Assembly (NCBI RefSeq): GCF_009914755.1
Contig: NC_060932.1
DNA: 64,000 nt
Strand: one strand, 5' to 3'
Source of the DNA: the human T2T-CHM13v2.0 reference genome, Homo sapiens
Part shown: piece by piece, positions 1 through 19,781 of the stretch
Layout: every line of letters begins with the position of its first letter
Position numbering within the stretch: position 1 is the first letter of the stretch
Program-made: the position numbers and the translations under genes
Notes under the pieces: generated by a model
Database searches by the model: none
Told to the model about the DNA's origin: nothing
What the model saw: only the letters and a program-made list of their open reading frames with translations

Positions 1-170
1 ATTTGGGAACAGAACTAGAATTCACATCCAGATAGTATGATCTATTTTTAGATAATGCAACCTCCCTTTTACCAAGTAAGTACATTACAGGCTTCTGGAC
101 TGACTTGGGCTAATTCTCCTGCTGTTCTTTTCTTTACCTAATTCAAAAGGTTCTCAAAAGGTAGACTTTT

Positions 171-464
171 GGCCAGAAACAGTGGCTCAGGCCTGTAATC
201 CCAGCACTTTGAGAGGCCAAGGCGGGTGGATCACTTGAGGTCAGGAGTTCAAGACCAGCCTGGCCAACATGGCTAAACCTTGTCTCTACTAAAAATACAA
301 AAATTAGCTGGGCATGGTGGCACACGCCTGTAACCCTAGCTACCTGGGAGGCTGAGGCAGGAGAATCGCTTGAACCCAGGAGGCAGAGGTTGCAGTAAGC
401 CGGGGATCACGCCACTGCACTCCAGCCTGGGCGAGAGAGTGAGACTCCATCTCAAAGAAAAAAA
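171..464 (+). mobile_element. Alu (AluS-like), full length
   Basis: Dimeric Alu with A tail; direct repeat aaggtagactttt on both sides. Confidence 0.95.
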
Positions 465-2099
465 GAAGGTAGACTTTTGAAGGTCCCTATTGAACAGGGG
501 TAAGGGGAAAGAGGGGAAGGCGGGGGAAGTTTCTGTCTAAGAAATGCTCACCTGAAACTGTATCACCACCTGAGGGGAATGGGTTATTCAAAGCACCCTG
601 GCATTTCTCCCCACACCCATGCTGAGAATTAATTGCTTTAGTGAAGCATGTTTAAAGAGAACATGACATTATTCAGACATTAAGGACCGCAACCTGAACA
701 GCTCTGAGTTCAGACCATAAGAGGTCACCAGAAAGTCCTCATTTCTTTTCCAAGGATAGAAGCTCTAAGACATAGTCTAAGACCAATTAGACTTCTTTTC
801 TTTGAGTCATTAATAAGTTAATATGAAGTCAAATAACACCTTTCTTCAGATAAAAGTAAAGGACCTGATACATGCATAAAAGTGAAAAGATTTCATTCAA
901 GCTTAACATCAAAAAGTATCCCATTTTTTGCTCAACATTTCACTTAAAATTCTTCTACATCCATTTAACTCCTTGTATTTTACTTAACATTGTGATCCTT
1001 AAGAAACGTCTGAGCTCCAGTGACAAGCAATTCTTCTAAACTCCTTATCAGTCTTTTAAAGTGCTTTAAAAATAGCATGTCAATGCTACATTCTATGCCT
1101 TATCTTATAAATTCAATTAACATCATTCTGCTTTGAAAATCATCATCCAATGTACCACATGTAGAATATTTGCTTTGCTGTTTTACTTAAAAACAAGTAC
1201 TCTTTTACTGTATAAATATTTAAAAACTCATTCAAGTACCTGTACAATATTCAATAAGCCATACCAGCAAACTTACAAATTAGTATTTTAAAAATCATCA
1301 ACTAAGTTCAAGAAATACATAAGAATGAATACTGCTTGTTGTGTAACTACCAAATTACCAAACTGCATGCTTACATTTTGAATACTAGAGTTAAACTAGT
1401 ACTAACTGCACAAATCCTGTATGCCTGCTTTTTATATACACAACCTAGATTAAACTTTGTGTTCATTTAGTCAAAAATGAATGTAAATTTTATAAAAAAT
1501 ATTTTACTTTTATGAAAAAGAGTATCACTTCAATGAAATAAATTGTCCTACTGAACATCAAGAGATGTGTAGTCTATGATAAATTAGCTGATTTAAAACT
1601 GTATATGTAATTCAATTTAAGCCAATTCACAAAAGAATCCCAAAGGAATAAATGATATAAACTATTTAAGATTCTGAGCCTTCAATGTGGATAAACTTTC
1701 CTGAGAAATTACATCTACTAATTTTAAAAGTTGCTAAAAATAAATGGCAATGTAGGATATACATTTACTGTAGAAAGACTTCAGATTCATTCTGCCTATC
1801 TCGTTCTTTTAAGTGCTTGTGAGAGTGTATGTGTGTACATATTGTATATTTTCTATGCAGGGCAACAACAGATAAAATAACCTCAAAATGGAAGCTACTG
1901 CCTGAAAAAATAATCTGAAGAAAGCATGTGAATATTGCTCAATGTGTGACTCTCCAAACTTTTTACTTTTTTCTTATAATTTCAGTAAAAAAGACTATAA
2001 GAGTTTTACCCAGAAACACTAAGCTTTGCCCCAGAGAATAAATGTTTATTCAGGAAAAAAAAATCATAAAAACCTGACATAATTTTTAAGTGCTCATAA

Positions 2100-4370
2100 T
2101 ATTTCCCCTCACCTTGAATATGGACAGGACCAAGTAACATATACCTAAAACGACTTGGTATCATTGGATTTGAAACTAAGCAGTGGGCAGAAGCTAGAAG
2201 CACTTTGAAGACAGTTTTAGTAAGAGCCTGAAGAGTCATTAAAAAACTGTCAGAAGCCTGACAGCCTTTAAGAAAGTTTCAGGAAGGTAAGGGAAATATT
2301 AGAAAGCTGGAGAAAAGGAGATTCTTATGTGGTGGCAGAAAATTTAGAAACTGTTGTATTAGTCCATTCTCACACTGCTATGAAGGAATACCTGGGTAAT
2401 TTATAAAGAAAAGAGGTTTAATTGATTCACAGTTCCACATGGCTGGGGAGGCCTCAGAAAATTTACAATCATGGCAGAAAGCACCTCTTCACAGGGCAGC
2501 AGGAGAGAGAACTGCTGAGCAAAGTGGGGAAAGCCCCTTATAAAACCATCAGATCTCCTGAGAACTCATTCACTATCACAAGAACGGGGTGGTTGTTCCC
2601 TGATTCAGTTACCTCCCACCAGGTCCCTCCCATGACGCGTGAGGAATAAGGGAACTACAATTCAAGAGGAGATGTGGGTGGCAACACAGCCAAACCATAT
2701 CATTCTGCCCCTGCCCCCTCCCAAATCTCATGTCCTCACATTTCAAAACACAATCATGCCTTTCCAACAGTCCCCCAAAGTCTTAGCTCATTCCAGCATT
2801 AACTCAAAAGTACAAGTCCAAAGTCTCATCTGAGACAAGGCAAGTCCTTTACAGCAGCACTCCACTACTTGGTACCAATTTACTGTATTAGTCCATTCTC
2901 ACGCTGCTATAAATACCTGAGACTGGTTAATTTATAAAGAAAGGAGACTTAATTGACTCACAGTTTCACATGAAGCCTGAGGAGGCTTCAGGAAAATTAT
3001 AATCACGGCACAAGGCAACTCTTCAAAGGGCAGCAGGAGAGAGAAGCGCCGAGCAAAGAGGGAAAAGCCCCTTATAAAACCATCAGACCTCATGATAACT
3101 CACTCATTATCATGAGAACAGCATGTGAGTAACTGCCCCCATGATTCAATTACCTCCTACCAGGTCCCTACCATGACACATGGGGATTATGGGAACTATA
3201 ATTAAAGATGAAATTTGGGTAGGGCCACAGCCAAACCATATCAACTGTTGGCTATAGGAACCAGAAAAGTAACAGGAAAAGTAAAAAATGTACCTAATGA
3301 ACTGGGTGGTCTAGCAAAGCATGTAAGATGTTGCCTGGTTTCTTCTTGCTGCTTATAATCAAACACAAAAGGAGAGAGATAAGCTTAAGAAACGACAATT
3401 AAACAAAAGAGGGACTGAGACTTGTCGATTTTGTAAATCTCCAGCCTCTATAGACAGCAAACCATGCTACAGTTATGAGACAGCTTGCAAGCAAACCTCA
3501 AATCCAGGCAATAGTCAGGAAATTATGGTCTAAATATCAAGCTGAAAAGGTGACTGTAAAATCCTTTGTTCAGATTTCTGACAGATCCATGCAGTTCCTC
3601 AACAGGGCTTCTAAGAAGCTTAAAGGCATTGTCCCTGCACAATCTCATCAAGAGGCCAAAATCAGGGAAACAATTATCTCAACAAAATGTATGAGTATAG
3701 ATTATTCTAATGGAGTAAGCTGCAATGAGATTTATAGGAGACCCACAAAGTGTTTTTGGCAGAAACACTACCAGCATTGACTGCATAGCACAGAGATGCA
3801 CGAAATGAAAAGAGGGCTTTGGACTCCAAAATTTCTAACCACAGGAAGCAGGCTGAGAAAACTATCTAGCTCAACACACAGGCTACCTTCCATGAAAAAG
3901 GAAGAACTCAGTGGGCAGAGCAAAAAACTCAGAGAACACAGAAAGGAGCCATGAAAAACTATCCTGAGGTAGGAATAGAACTTAGTTTTAATGAAGAAAC
4001 TTCTAACATTTGCTTGGCTGGATTCCAAAACTGCTATGGAATAGTGACTCGTGCACTTCCTGTCTTCCTTTTTTTTTAAACAGAACTACCCATAATGATA
4101 TAATTTTATGCCTGACCCACCATTGTACATTGGCTATTCGGGGTGGTGGGGGTGAGGTAAGAAACATCTCTTTTGTTTATAGGTCTTCAGATTGAAAGGA
4201 ACTGGACCCAAGGAACATTATCTCTATCTGAATGTAATTTAGAAGATGACATTCTAGATTTTGAGCTGATATTGTAAAGAAATAATACTTGGGGTAGATG
4301 GGATAGTGCGTGTATTTTGCATGGGCAAGGAATGTAAATAAGGTGCGGCCAGAGGATAGTCTGAGCCAGT
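2100..4370 (+). mobile_element. Old MaLR (MLT-type) internal sequence, interrupted by a younger MaLR
   Basis: Resembles MLT internal sequence and runs into MLT1-type LTR sequence near 4350; boundaries approximate. Confidence 0.5.
2355..3243 (-). mobile_element. MST/THE1-type MaLR provirus: two LTRs (2355-2702, 2884-3243) around a 181-bp internal remnant
   Basis: Both LTRs read tgtattagtccattctcac...ccaaaccatatca; 5-bp TSD actgt at 2350-2354 and 3244-3248. Confidence 0.85.
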
Positions 4371-4479
4371 TTTAAAACATAACCATAAATTCTTTGGCAA
4401 TTCTCCCCTCAAAAGGTGGAGCCTCATTCCTATTGCCTTGAGTGCAGGCCAGACCTAGTGACTTGTTTTTTTTTTTTTT

Positions 4480-5900
4480 AATTGAGGTGAACTTCATATA
4501 CAAAAAATTAACCATTTTAAAGTATACAAATCAGTGGCACTTAGTACATTCACAATGTGCAACCATCTCCTCTATCTAGTATCACAGCATTTTCATCACC
4601 TCAAAAGAAAACACTGTACCCATTAAGGAGTTGCTCTCCATCCTTCCTTCTTTCCCACACCCTGCACACCACAACTGGGCCCTGTCCTGGTCTCTGGTAA
4701 CCAACAACAATTTGCCTATAATTCAATTGTAAGTTGTAAGAGTTCTCTATACAGTTTGCTTTTTTTTTTTTCTTTTAAACAGATGGGGTCTCATTATGTT
4801 GCCCAGGCTAGTCTTGAATTCCTGGGCTCGGGCGATCCACCCGTCTCAGCCTCCCAAAGTGCTGGTATTACAGGCATGAGCCACCGCACCCAGCTTCTAT
4901 ACATTTTGGATACTAGACCCTTATCAGAAGCATAATTTGTAAATATTTTCTCTCATTCTACAGGCTGTCTTTTCACTTCTTGATAATTTATTCTCTTATG
5001 CACAAAAATGTTTAATTTTGATGAAGTTCAGTTTATCTTTTTTGTTATTTCTGCTTTAGTATCATTCTCTAAGAATTCACTGACAAATCCAAAGTCATGA
5101 AGAATAACCCTATGTTTTTTTATAAGAGTTTTAAAGTTTTAGCTCTTACATGTAGGGTGTTGATCCAGCCAATCAGATCTTATACTAAAAGGCTGCTGTA
5201 TTTGATAAAACATAGGGGTCTAACTTCATTCTTTTACATGTGGCTATCCAGCTATCCCAGTACCATTTGTTGAAGAGATTGTTCTTTTCCCATTAAATGG
5301 TCTTAGCAACTCTGTTAAAAATCAGTTGGCCATAGATTTATGGGTTTATTTCCAGACTTTCTATTCTATTCCCTTGGTCTACATACCTATCCTTATGCTA
5401 GTACTACACTGATTTGATCACTGCAGTTTCATATTAAGTTTTGAAAACAGAAGTGTGAGTCTTCTAACATGGTTCTTCTTTTTTGATATGTTTTGGCTAT
5501 TTGGGGCCCCCTGCAATTACATATGAATTTGAGAACTGACTTTTCCTCTTCTGCAAAAAATGACCTGAAATTTGGAAATAGATCTTTAAAATCTGTGAAT
5601 TGATTTGAGGAGTACTGCCATCTTCACAATATAATGTCTTCTAATCTCTGAACACAAGATGTCTTTCTATTGATTTAGGTCTTTTAGCAATGTTTTGTAC
5701 TTTTCACTGTACAAGTTTTTTAACTCCACGGTTAAATTTATATTTTAGGTATTTCATTCTTTTGGATGCTATTATAAATGGCATTGTTTGCTTAATTTCC
5801 TTTTTACATTTTTCATTGCTGGTGCCTAGAAATACAACTGAGTTTTGTGGTTGATGCTGTACCCTGAAACTTTGCCAAATTTATTTACTAGCTCTAGCAG
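4480..5900 (-). mobile_element. Old L1M fragment (3' end and ORF2) with an Alu monomer at ~4760-4894
   Basis: Degenerate antisense L1 3'UTR/ORF2 motifs, e.g. cccagtaccatttgttgaagag and tgtaccctgaaactttgc. Confidence 0.75.
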
Positions 5901-6328
5901 ATTTAGATGGTTGACAGATAACAAACAGGAAGTTGCTCTAGCTCATGGGGGGCTGAAACAAAGGTATCTGCACCAGTCCCTCAGGGAACCACCAGACAGG
6001 TCAAAATGAAAACTACAATTTTTTTTCAGAACAAGGATCTTATTGTCCCCGTCCTGGCACCAGTGAGCTACACCGGGAATATGGGTTGCTGGCCCCATAG
6101 CTGCTGCTGAGCTAGAAAATAAAGGATATTAGGTATATAAGCAAAAATGTCATAATGCTTTCTTATCAAAATCTGGCACTCCCCTGGATGCTGTTAAGTT
6201 TTCTATCAGATTCCAGAGTTATGCAAAAGTTGATTTGTCAGTTTTTTCCAGTTTAACATAGTTGCTTCTGTGGAGGTAACTGATTCTTAGAGCTCCTTGC
6301 TCCACCACTCACTTGCTTTTAAAAACTG

Positions 6329-6640
6329 GGCCGGGCGCAGTGGCTCATGCCTGTAATCCCAGCACTTTGGGAGGCCGAGGTGGGTGGAACACCCAAAGTC
6401 AGGAGTTCAAGACTAGCCTGACCAATATGATGAAACCTGGTCTCTACTAAAAATACAAAAATTAGCCGGGTATAGTGGCATGAGTCTGCAGTCCCAGCTA
6501 CTCAGGAGGCTGAGGCAGGAGAATTGCTTGAACCCAGGAGATGGAGGTTGCAGTAAGCCAAGATCATGCCACTGCAATCCAGCCTGGGCAACAGAACGAG
6601 ACTCGGTCTCAAAAACAAAATAAAATAAAAATAAATAAAT
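6329..6640 (+). mobile_element. Alu (AluS) inserted in an MLT1-type LTR that continues to ~6950
   Basis: Full Alu with (AAAAT)n tail; flanking MLT1 motifs such as ccttcagatgactgcagc and aataaatgtgtgttgttttaag. Confidence 0.9.
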
Positions 6641-7994
6641 AGAATGTGGCAGAAGTGACAGTATTTAACTCCTGAGACTACAACATAAAAGACAGTGAGA
6701 GGTCCTCTTTGTTCTCTCTCTTGGACCACTCACTCTGAGAGCCCCTGAATGAGCCATCCTGGAAGTGAATCCTCCAGCCCTTGTCAAGCCTTCAGATGAC
6801 TGCAGCTCTGATGAACACTTAGATTGCAATCTCATAAGAAACCCTGAGAATGAATCACGTAACTAAGACCCTCCTGAAATAGCAATCTACAAATACCATG
6901 ATAATAAATGTGTGTTGTTTTAAGGTGCTATGTTTTGGGGGTACATGATATTTAAAGCTGAGACTCAAAAGAAAAGAACCTAGCCACTCCAAGAGTTCTA
7001 AGAAAAAGAGTGTTTCAAGTACCGGGTATAGCACATGCAAAGGCCCTGAGTAAGGAAAGATCTTAAGCATGTTAAAAAAAAAATTAAAAATCTGAAAGAC
7101 TAGTGTGACTTAAGCTCAGCGAAGGAAAGAAAAATAGTGAAGAAAGAGACCCCCAAAGGGGCAGAAAGAAACCAAAATTACTATAACAAAGTCTTAAAAA
7201 GTAGTAAAAACTGATAATATATGATAAAGTGCCTTTGAAACCACAAGAAACAACTACAAAAATTTAACATTTAGAAACATTAACTGGAGAGAAATCTGAA
7301 ACTAAATGTATCTATCATCACACAGGAATCCAGGGTAGGAAATATGAAACCCCCTGAGAGCAAGAACCAAGGGTCTTTACATCTCCCATATCACCTACTC
7401 ATCTTTGTAGAATTAATGCACAATGACAAACCTGAAAAAAATACCTTTTGAAGACACTATTTAAAATTCTAAGTAATGAATTCATTGGTGAAAGATTTTA
7501 AGTCTAGAATACAGGCTTCAAGTATCTCCTCACTAGGTAGTCCATGACAACGGCCAAATAAATAACTCATGTAGCTGCATATCTAAAGAACATGATTATA
7601 AATCAGCTCTACAAAGATGCACATTTCTCCTTGTCCTGGGCTACCATGTGATAAAAGGTTTTATAATTGGTAAAAAGAGTAAAAGAATTTCAAAAGAATT
7701 CCCAACTGGATAACCAGTCTCTGAAATTAAAACTGAATTTAATTTAGCAAAATAATTCCATTTGTATACAGAAACTGTAAGATTTTTAAAATGAACTTTT
7801 ATGGGAGAACATACTGTTACGAAATACATTTTCAATCAGTAAAACATAAAATAATACATGTGTTTTCAGATTTTATGACTATTTGAATACCAAGGGTTAT
7901 TCTCCTCTATATCTTTATCCAGAAAAAAATATATAACTTGAAACACAAAGGCAAAAAATAATTAGCAAGGTATAGAAGCACTAGACACTACAAA

Positions 7995-8325
<331 letters not shown>

Positions 8326-8787
8326 TTATTTCGTTATTTAAATGTAGTAACATCAATATAAAGTAAAAGGAATTAATAGCTAGTTTAATATGCTAGGCCT
8401 TTTTATGTCCCACCTGCAACTCCTGCTATGGTACGTTTTATCTACAGCATAGCTGGTGACCAGTTAAAAGAAAATTCCAGAAGATATGACACAAAACTGT
8501 ATAAATTCAAGACAATATTTATTTAACAAACCCAGAGTTAGTATCAACTAGATACTAGGTACTGTGGAAGTTCATCCTATCAACATTACATTCCACTAAT
8601 CACTAATTCTTAAGACATCAGAAAAAGATAGCAAACATATAAGGCAAACCAAATATATTTTGAGATTCAATGAAAAAACATATCTTACTTGTATAGTAAA
8701 ACAGTAAGTGCTTTTAATATATTTTAACAGAATTACAGACAAATAACTCAGAAGAAAAAAATCAACTTTTTGAAGATAATTACAAAC

Positions 8788-8913
8788 CGAATTTTCTTCT
8801 TCCTCTTCCAATTCTCGTTGCTGTTCCTCATGTCTTTTAGCTTTGATCTCCATAGCTTCTGTGATCAGGTCTCTTAATATTGATACAGGTTTGGCATTCT
8901 TGATAAAAGGATG
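8788..8913 (-). CDS. STK3: STK3/MST2 coding exon (probably exon 8), 126 nt, phase 0-0: HPFIKNAKPVSILRDLITEAMEIKAKRHEEQQRELEEEEENS
   Basis: Peptide matches MST2 rather than MST1 at the kinase C-terminus/acidic linker; acceptor tttttag at 8914-8920, donor GT at 8786-8787. Confidence 0.97.
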
Positions 8914-9739
8914 CTAAAAAAGTAAAATTCAATGGTATAAATTCAAAAGATTTTTCCGAATTATAGCTAACAAATGTTAAAACAACATGTAAATGTTAAC
9001 CAGGATCACAGGCTTCAATGATTGTTTTTTCATCTAGAATTAAATGTATAGGTTAAGAAAAGAGAGTATGGCCACTGCCTAGAAATAAAGAATTTGCTTT
9101 GGGGCTTGTTTAAAAAAAAAACTTAAAGCACACATGCAAAAATGCAACCCTGTTAATAAAACTATAATATCCTTAAAGATCTAATTGTCCAAAGGAAGTG
9201 TACATTAGGAGTAAAAAAGATTAAGTTAAAAATAGGATTACAGATTATATTACACATAGAAATAAACTTATTTTGGTACTGAGTTACGTAATTTAATTAA
9301 TCTTAATAAGTTGACAGCCAAAATCAGTGGCCAAAAGGAGAGCAACTATTTTGTTACTTCTTTAACATATTTTCTATTTTATTGTATCTTAAGTAATTTA
9401 ACCAAGACAAAAATATTTTTTCAGAAAATGAATGTTGCCTAATTTCTTTACTATATATAAAATAACTTGTCACTTTTTAAAAAATATCACCCTGATCTAG
9501 CTAAAATAGCTAAGCTCTCTATCATTCTGACAAAGAGAAGGAAAACTATCAGAATAGACCTAGGTTTTGAATTTCTTTTTATTGAGAAGGAGGGACATGA
9601 GAGAAAGTAGAGTGAAAGGTTATAATTTTGGATAGATAACCTAAATTTGGGGCAGCAATCAGTTTCAGTAATTTTCATAGTTACATGTCAGTAGATAGCA
9701 TCAGGTAAAAGTGACCTGACTGAGTGAGTGAGTTATTTG

Positions 9740-9901
9740 TTTATTTGTTTGTTTGAGACAGGGGCTTGCTCTGTTGCCCAGATGCGAGCACAATGGTGCA
9801 ATCATGGCTCACTATAGTCTTGACCTCCTGGGCTCAAGTGATCCTCCCACCTCAGCCTTCCTAAGTGCTGGGAATAGAGGCATGAGCCACTGCACCCAGC
9901 C
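9740..9901 (-). mobile_element. Alu monomer (FRAM/FLAM/AluJ-like)
   Basis: Single-arm antisense Alu with (TTTG/TTTA) tail. Confidence 0.8.
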
Positions 9902-10279
9902 CTGAGTTATTTTAATAAACTTCAAGAGAACACAAAAATATATTTAAAGACAAAAAAAATTGTGCTGAAGAAGAAATAGATACTTGAAAGAGGGTTTAAA
10001 ATGGCAAACATATCATTTGGGACAACTATAAGAAAGAACTTTTTCAGAGTACAGAAATACTAAAATCAATTGTAAAGAACCAATAAATTATTTTAGAACA
10101 GTTATAGATTAATCTTACCAAACAAATTAAGTCCTATTAACATATCTGTGGTAGAGACTCCTGGTCATACACCAAAAATAGAGTTGTGGTTGGACCGACA
10201 ATTGCCCAACTGGATCCTACGTTTCTCAACTTAACCCATTCAGGTGGTTATATGCGACTAAGTGAATGCGGGAGCAAAT

Positions 10280-11075
10280 ACTGTGTTCCACTTCCTGGCC
10301 TGGGCTATGGAGGGCTCCTTGTTACTAATGGATAAGGGTGAGAGGTCAGGTTCTCCCAGAGTCCTGTACTGGTACTGTGGGAAGTAGTCTCATTTTAGCT
10401 GATTGGCGATGAAAGTCCTGACCCTTCACCAGACTGCCTCTGACCCCACTCCAACAGGGAGGTTGTTGGGTTCTTATTCCTGCCTGGTAGGAGTATAAGT
10501 CTAGGCTCCCACATGGTCTTCACTGGCACTCCCCACTTAGGGAGGGAATACTTTCTACACTGCCTTGTGGAGATGAATGCCTTAGCATGACAGCCTTCTC
10601 TGACACCGCCTGAGAAGGACTGGACAGCCTCAAAAGGATAGAAGTCTAGGTTCTCCATTTAGCCTTTGCTGGTGACCGGGGTAGGCCATAGTTTTCTTGG
10701 TGGTGTTTGGCTAGAGTAGAACGGTTATCATCTGAAAGTTTTCAGTCTTACTAGGCTGTCCATTTCTCCGTCCTTCTGCTTGAAAGAGCAGGTTTTTATT
10801 TCTAGTTTGTGTCCAATGTTGTTTCTGGGTTGTTGGCTTCTCCACTACCCAGTGTGGGATAAATGAGGGAAAAAGAAACCCCAGGGAACTCACAGCTATG
10901 TCTTTCCTTGAGTCCCACCATCTCTAGCAGTCTATTGCCTTCTTTCCACCTTTTAGAGTCTTTTTATGCTTGTTTTATATACTTACAATGTCCATGGTTT
11001 TAGCTGTACTTTAATGAGGAAGTATAGAGAAAAATATGGTTACTCAATCTGTCCAGCGGCAGAAATGCCTTCTTC
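10280..11075 (-). mobile_element. Old L1M 5'-region fragment
   Basis: 10960-11065 resembles the reverse complement of the old L1M 5' end at ~41300-41400. Confidence 0.55.
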
Positions 11076-12277
11076 AACTCACTTTAAGCACTTGTTTTAT
11101 CTGAAGTGTTTTTGTATAAATCATTAATTTTGAACACTATCAGTTTAGAAATTGATAATTCAGAACATGAACAAAATTTAAGAGGAAATATTTCAGATTT
11201 TAAAAGAATAAACTTTTCAAGCAGTCTCAATTTTTAAAATACATCATCAAGAATGTGATAGGTTGATCTGCAGTAATTTCTGTCTTCTCATTACTTTAGG
11301 TGGTTTAAGAATCCTCACCCTCTTTAATTTTTATTTTAGACACATTTAGAAATAGGAAAACTTTACTGCCTATTAGAATCTGGTACATTCATCTTTTTCT
11401 TGTTGAAATACTTTATAAAACCCTTCATATAATCAGCCCCTTGCCTGACATAAATATATATATATATTTTTTAGTTTCCGTTTTTTGCCATTCATGCATT
11501 TTTTAAGTTATATGTATTCAAATCATCCATTTTTCTTTTGCTTTATTGCACCGGAATGAATATATAAATATTCTCCTATATTAACCCCTAGTTCTTTCCT
11601 ATTTCCATTTTTTGTTTTAGTTTTTTTAACATTTAAGACCTTAATCTATCTGGAAATTACTTTGGTGTTTCTGTGGTGAAGATCTAAGTTAATCCTCCCA
11701 ACACCCCCTAAAGGCAGGCAGTTATCTCAGCACCATTTTTACTTTGTTTTTCCCTCACTGATTAGAAATGCTATCTTCATAATATGCTAGTTTCCTTTGT
11801 ATATTATATACCATTTGTGGGCATTTAATTCTGCTTCATTATTCTATCTCATACTGGCGTTACATACTTTTCTAAGCATTTAACAAAAAGATGTAATTTG
11901 TTTATTAAACATAAAATTTGATTTTTCTATTAAATCAATCACTATATAATTCAGATGATGTTTATTTTTTGCCTATATGGTTACTCAGTGACTGAAAACG
12001 GAATATCAAAATATCCCAATTTATTTATTTAGAGCAACCTCTTATGTCTTTAATTTGTAACATACAATGCTATATTAATATATCAAGTTTATAACTATAT
12101 CTTCCTTTATATTATGTTCTTTATCAATATTAAGTGACTCCATCCTCATTTACTGATTTCTGCTGTCAATTTTGCTTTTTTGATCATGTTATTCATACTA
12201 TCTTTTTATATTTTATTAAAATTTCATTGCCTGTTTTTAACTTTTTTTTTTAAATAAAAACAGACAATTGAAACATT

Positions 12278-12283
12278 TTTATT
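12278..12283 (-). terminator. AATAAA polyadenylation signal of the retrocopied transcript
   Basis: tttatt on + strand, about 26 nt before the poly(A) remnant. Confidence 0.8.
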
Positions 12284-12394
12284 AGGTTAATTTCACTTTT
12301 TACATTACTACAACAATAACAAAAATACCAATACCATTGAATACAATTAAGAAGTTTACTTAAATCATATTCCTCAAAATTTGGTGTGTATCAT

Positions 12395-12565
12395 CACATG
12401 TGTTAGAATCATGGGAGCGAGGGCAGAGGGTTACTTCTAAATATTCAAATTCTCGGCCTCCCCTAGACAAACTGAATCAGAATTTCTAAGAATGTTGCCA
12501 TAGAATCTGCATTTTAGCATTTCTTTCCAAGTGATTTTTATGCAAACCAAAATTAAAAATACTGC
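12395..12565. mobile_element. MER5-like hAT fossil within the retrocopy's cellular exon
   Basis: Motifs ttagaatca, actgaatcagaatttct and aatctgcatttta. Confidence 0.55.
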
Positions 12566-12960
12566 ATTGACATTTTCCATCCCAGTCTTCTGAAGATTGA
12601 AAGTTAACAGCAGGGTTGGGGTGGGCTGGGGTGGGACAAGGTCATGGGAAATAGCAGCCCAGGAAGCATCAGCACTGTCATCCTCACTGTGGTTTGGATG
12701 AAGTACCTTTTCAATAAGCTCTTCTGTATCTCTTGATAAACAGTTACATGGTAATGAAACTTTTCAAGGTTATTTCCTTGAGAATACAGCTAAGGCAGCT
12801 TCTTGCGTCTTTCCAAGCAGAATATTCTGATATTATTATTAATCTTTATCTTGTCTTGTTCTGAAAACAATTTGAGCTATCTTATGAAATTCATAGTCTA
12901 TATTAGTTTAAGAAGTAGATGAGAAAACAAGCTCAGGAAAATAAACCTATGGGTAAGAGA

Positions 12961-12964
12961 GAGA

Positions 12965-13006
<42 letters not shown>

Positions 13007-13028
13007 CAGAGAGAAGAAAGAGAGAGAA
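12961..13028. repeat. (GT)n/(GA)n microsatellite inside the retrocopy
   Basis: About 14 GT units followed by GA-rich repeat. Confidence 0.95.
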
Positions 13029-13204
13029 GGTAACTTAGAGATTAATAAATACTTCTTTTAAAAATAGGAGTTATTTGTATTTTAGTTTTTAATTCAACCT
13101 AAACCTTCTCTCTGTAGGGTTTCACAATTTTAAAAAAGTATGTCTTTTAATTTAACAAAATGCAAACATGTATCTCTGCTAGTGGAGAAGGTAGTGAAAA
13201 TCTT

Positions 13205-19246
<6,042 letters not shown>

Positions 19247-19444
19247 GAAAATCTTCTCTTGAGAAAAGTGAATGGACAAATAAAGATTTCTCATTTCCGA
19301 CAAAAGAAAATAACCAGCATTGATTTGCTATTTCTGTTGTTATGAGTGCTTCCAGGTGGTTGTCTTTGGATCTGCTCTGTTCCTGTGCACCTCTTCTTGG
19401 AATATAAATTTCTGAGCCTCAATGTGCCCTGATGCCGTTCCTTT

Positions 19445-19599
19445 CTTCCACCGTAAGAGTTACCGAAAGCTCGGCGTCCGTGATGGGGTAGAGGGCTTCC
19501 GAGGCGATCGGGCAGTGTCAGTCTTCAGCCGCTAAGCCGAGAAGATCTGGGAAGGAGTCAGAGAGCCTTGGGCCAGAGTTCCAGGGGCTCTGGGAGTGG
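19445..19599 (-). mobile_element. HERV-H internal exon (gag end/pro start), 155 nt, both flanking introns removed
   Basis: Minus strand CCACTCCCAGAGCCCCTGGAAC...GGTAACTCTTACGGTGGAAG; begins and ends at the HERV-H acceptor and donor positions as I recall them. Confidence 0.85.
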
Positions 19600-19781
19600 C
19601 GGATTTGAAATTGGTGAGATGTATCTTGGGCTGGTCGGTCTGAGGACCTGAGGTCCTAGGTGGATCTTTCTCAAGGAGCAAAAAGCAGGAGGACGGGGGA
19701 TTGATCTCCCAAGGGAGGCCCCCCGATCCAAGTCACAGCACCAAATTTCATGCACGTCCGTGTGAAGAGACCACTAAACAG
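19600..19781 (-). mobile_element. HERV-H exon 1: last 36 nt of LTR7, PBS and leader up to the major splice donor
   Basis: CTGTTTAGTGGTCTCTTCACACGGACGTGCATGAAA, then PBS TGGTGCTGTGACTTGGAT (19726-19743, tRNA-His type), ending ...AATTTCAAATCCG. Confidence 0.92.

Noticed and set aside
8596-8853. 85-aa ORF MEIKAKRH..., and likewise the 61-aa ORF at 25103-25288
   Set aside because: STK3 exon sequence read through the splice donor into intron; true exon bounds are given in features.
19445-19781. Reading the HERV-H piece as a deleted provirus or solo LTR
   Set aside because: No complete LTR or short retroviral TSD; the breaks fall at splice-site positions and the unit has poly(A) and a 15-bp TSD.
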